A stretch of DNA of 51,807 bases from Klebsormidium nitens. Its lineage: Eukaryota; Plantae; Klebsormidiophyceae. This document shows, piece after piece, positions 48,295 through 51,807 of the stretch (its first letter is position 1; each line of letters starts with the position of its first letter). A program made the translations under genes and the position numbers. The notes under the pieces are model-generated. The model was given only the letters and a program-made list of their open reading frames with translations, was not told the DNA's origin and did not search any database. The DNA lies in NCBI GenBank assembly GCA_000708835.1, contig DF237559.1:1-51807 (forward strand). The letters run 5' to 3'.

Positions 48295-50450
48295 TCAATC
48301 TCTGGCTGGGAAGATCCCTTGCAAGCAGATGATGCAGTTGAGAGTGGTGTACGGTTGCATGTTGTTGTGGGGGATCCCCCCGCCTGCCACCGTGGTCTGC
48401 AGGCCAAAAGTTTTGGTACCGCCAGTCGTGGTGGGTACCACAACGCCCGTGTTGGGAGGGCTAGACGTCAGTGGGGCGCCCGAAGCCTGTTGCAGCACAG
48501 TGGTGGTGTGGCCGCGTACCGGGAGCCCGTCCGGAGTGAGACTCACGGTCTCTGAGCCTCCAGAATCCCCAACCATGTAGCCTGCGAGAAAGTGAACGTT
48601 ACTAGTGAGAGGACGTCAACTGAAGGCATTTCTGGACGTCATGGTTTGTGCGTGAATCGGAATCCCGGCCAAAGTGAGCCGTACGGTCTCTGAGCCGTCA
48701 AAATCCCCAAGCGTGTAGCCTGCGAAGAAGAGAACGTTTACTTCGGATTTGATGAAATCTGATTCTGATTCCCGGAAAGTGCGGAAGACGAAGCTCGTCG
48801 GACAATTTCATGTCCGGAAACTGGTCAAAAAAACCCATCTGCAAACAACTCTAGTTCAGATGCTAGGATGTTTGGAGACGCCAGGTGGAGTGTGAGAGGA
48901 CGTCAACTGAAGGCATTTCCGTACGTCATGCAAGGCTGTTGAGATTAGGCGCAAGAGCGCTTCATGACTTTGGGTGTCACGATGTGTGGAAGGGCAGATC
49001 CGTTTCGGTGAGATCAAGACCGGACCGGCACGTTTCGAAGTCGTTTTGACCACGCTCGAAGCCTGGAAATCACTCATGAGGAGGTCAGGGGAGTGATCAT
49101 TTCTCGTCTGGTTTGTCAACGGTTATAGGACCTGAAAGGTTAAACCATAAATCGAGACCCGGTTTTCAGCACAGTTTTCAGTACTGGTAGGAAGGATTCG
49201 GTCCGGCACCAATTCGGAAAAGGGGACTTTCCAGTTGATACTGATCTTAATACAACTGGGGGTGTATTTTCAGAGCGTATATGGTCTTAAAAAGGGGACT
49301 TTTCAGTCGGAAGCGTACTTAAACTCGTTGTATGACCGTTCTTAAACCCGGGTCCGGATTTATGAAGCTTGCTAACGAACTGGGTTGGATACCGGTGAGG
49401 AACGGTGGCTGGCACGTTTTGGCAAGGGAATCACCTGGTGCTTCGCTCCACCTACATTCGGGAGTTTGTGCACCCAGTGTACTGATTTGATTCTTCTATC
49501 AGGTTTCGGTGTCGGTCGCTCAATGTGATCCCAGTTCTGATGAGAAGCTATGAGTACAAGTAGGCAGGTATGCAACAAAAGGAGAGGACGAAAGAGGCTT
49601 CAACCAGCTTCCACGAAGCTTTACTCACGACTTTGCATAGTCCTCTCCAATAAGGCTTTGATCTCACCAAGTGACTAGCCAAAACTTGGTAGGAAGTACC
49701 TCAACTTTTGAGCGCAAGCATAAAGAGACAGAGGCGGCTACTCCGGGGAGCCTTGAGCAATACAGGATAACACTAGGTTTAGGTTGTCAGGTAACCAACG
49801 CAATGGCAGCTGTCTCAGTGCTTGCCAGCAAGTCCTCCAGGCAATTGTCAATCACGTCATTCAAAACTACATTCAACAGAGTTGCGAAGAAGTTTTCCTT
49901 CAGCTCACCATCTACGTCTGTATCCGAAATGCTCGTCCCGCAAACAATTGTCTAGAAATCAGAAGATGAGGTTGCCAGGGAAGTGATTCTGCAGGTGGGG
50001 GTTGTCCTATTCGGGCTCACAATGGTGGCTATTCTAGGTTTTGTTGGTAGCTCTTCTATGTTCAGAAGGCGCTATAGGGCAAATCCTCCGTAATAACAAA
50101 CAAGCCGTGTGTGATGCTGGTCATAGAGCATACCTACACCCAAAAAAAACTCATGAGACTTGGATGGGAAGTGTTCTTGCCTTTCTCTTTAGCATGGGTT
50201 GTTTTTGTTTCAGGAGTGGGCCTACCTGATAGCCCAGGACCCTGTCCCACGCCGACAGGAATGCGGCCTTGCATGTTGGGAAGAGCAAAGGTTTGCCTGC
50301 CGTCCCCCCCGGAGGTTGTGCCGATGAGAGAAAATTAAGCCGGATTTTCGGAGATTTGCATCAGCTGTCCGTCGCAGAATGCCCAATTCCTTGGTGCGTA
50401 GGTAAATGCTACCCAGCAGATTTGGCCGATGAATGGATCTGCGGCGTCGC
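48295..50450 (-). pseudogene. Spliced phage tail-collar domain / microcystin-dependent protein (MdpB-like) gene with an in-frame stop. Exons 50226-50450 and 48295-48581; possible signal-peptide exon 51028-51171
   Basis: [70 protein letters not shown] joins in phase 1 to GYMVGDSGGSETVSLT...GGGIPHNNMQPYTTLNCIICLQGIFPARD*, matching both ends of the bacterial Collar/MdpB family. TAA at 50335-50337 replaces the conserved Leu of ALFSL. Confidence 0.85.
50125..50218 (+). other. nad1: NUMT: fragment of the mitochondrial nad1 3' end inside the tail-collar intron
   Basis: 50150-50218 translates [23 protein letters not shown], matching the plant/algal Nad1 C-terminus (YDQLM.LGWKVFLPLSLAWVV.VSGV); no continuation either side. 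Confidence 0.75.
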
Positions 50451-50978
50451 CTGCAATGGTAATGTTCAAAAAGACACCGCCGTTCAGTATTCTGACTCTG
50501 CCAGGAGATTTCTGCCCTAGTGTCTTGGCCATAAAGTGAGAGAAAAGGTAGCGTTTTTGAGGATTGTTATGCAGGTCAGGGTCAGTTTGTGCTCGCCTCC
50601 TGAGTACCGCTGGTTTTGTTCGTGAAGTCAAAGTCCTAGGTTTGACAGAAGCAAAGAGTTTCCTGCAACTGCAGAGACTGGAGCACCAAGCACACCATGT
50701 TCTTTCCAGTTCCATTGACACCAAACATTTAAAGAGGGCACGTCCTTTAAAGAGGGCACGTCGTGAAGTCATTCACTTGGATCGACGCTGCAGGTTGGTC
50801 TTCATAACGTCACTGAGGTCTTCAGCAGGAGCTTGAGCACAATGAGACACTTGGGCGTACGAGCTCACATGCAGATGCGGTTGGAACATTGCCGCAGCAC
50901 AGTGCACAAATGGCCATCAGGACCGTCCCAAGCGGTTGCAGCCCCAGACCCCTGGCCCGCCCCATGCTGTCAACGTTG

Positions 50979-51003
50979 ACCCTTAACCCTTAACCCTTAA
51001 CCC
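50979..51003. repeat. Short telomere-like heptamer run (CCCTTAA)x3
   Basis: GACCCTTAACCCTTAACCCTTAACCC read directly. Confidence 0.6.
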
Positions 51004-51635
51004 TCCAACTGTTGCAGCACAGAACACCTGTTTTACAAGTTTGTTCCCCACCGTCTGAGGCCTGGTCTTGACTAGAGGCGACGACGACTACCAATGCTGC
51101 AGCTTAACATACAAGAGGATGGCAAACGTCTGTTTTGGCGCTCCTCGTTGAAACCCTGTCTTATGCAGCATGATGTTGCTGGCAGGTGCTTTCCCCATGT
51201 CACAAGGCCCAAATGTAAGCTGAAGGAGATACCTGGTCGGGCAACGCCTGCTTGAATTGGGTGACTTTTTTGCGTACCGGTCACACCCAAATCCTGCAGG
51301 CAGCTCAGTGCTAGCACTATATCTGCAGCATTGAGGGATTCGCCCTGGGGGGCTCCAAAAGAAACTTTCGAGTTTTTCAAGCTAGCTGGCTGCTGGAGGC
51401 TCAGCTGGCAACCTCTAGCTAGCGCTGAAGCTGATTAAATCGGAGCTTAGGGCTGGTGACCCGGCCGGATCTCTAATTAGGTAGTGGAAGCAACTCTTCT
51501 TTTCATATATACGGGGTTTCTGAGCGCTGGCGATAAAAGGGCGGGGAAAGTGGAACTCTTCAGGCCCGATGATAGGACCACGCCATTGGCTTGGGACATT
51601 GGCGAAGATCGGCCAGTGATAACGTGGATTGTCTA

Positions 51636-51657
51636 GACTCTAGACTCTAGACTCTAG
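51636..51657. repeat. (TCTAGAC)x3 heptamer tandem
   Basis: TCTAGACTCTAGACTCTAGACTCTAGA read directly. Confidence 0.7.
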
Positions 51658-51807
51658 AGTGGATAGGTAACCTTTTTACACCTCTGAGCCTGAGCATGAT
51701 TTTGATGTGTGTGGCAGAACTGTCCGGACTCCGGAGCCACTCCGGGCAAGCATGGATCTGTCACCTGTGACTCTGAGAACATGAAACTTGAAAGCAAGGA
51801 CCGATGA

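Noticed and set aside
49372-49700. Minus-strand fragment faintly like a gypsy integrase
   Set aside because: Too degenerate to support by eye; no catalytic DDE residues identifiable.
50728-50763. 18-bp perfect direct repeat TTTAAAGAGGGCACGTC x2
   Set aside because: Simple local slippage with no associated element ends.

Overview
Intron-rich eukaryotic nuclear DNA; gene style and protein similarities suggest a streptophyte (charophyte) alga such as Klebsormidium (inference). All homologies come from motifs recognised by eye; no searches were run. Left to right: (1) 3' ten exons of a GH38 lysosomal/vacuolar-type alpha-mannosidase (+, 232-7886) with an atypical C-terminal transmembrane anchor; (2) a minus-strand low-complexity gene ending in a damaged RING finger (8795-14586, probably a pseudogene); (3) a complete 19-exon NUP188-like nucleoporin (+, 15238-~46524) with one GC-AG intron and a 12.4-kb intron of decayed retroelement-like and CCGT-rich DNA; (4) a spliced bacterial/phage-type tail-collar (MdpB-like) gene (-, 48295-~51171) with a nonsense codon, and a mitochondrial nad1 fragment in one intron. 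The most striking structure is that at least eight intronic tandem arrays across three genes are duplications of a real splice junction plus adjacent exon sequence, leaving rows of decoy splice sites beside functional exons. Most supplied ORFs are antisense or intronic artefacts.
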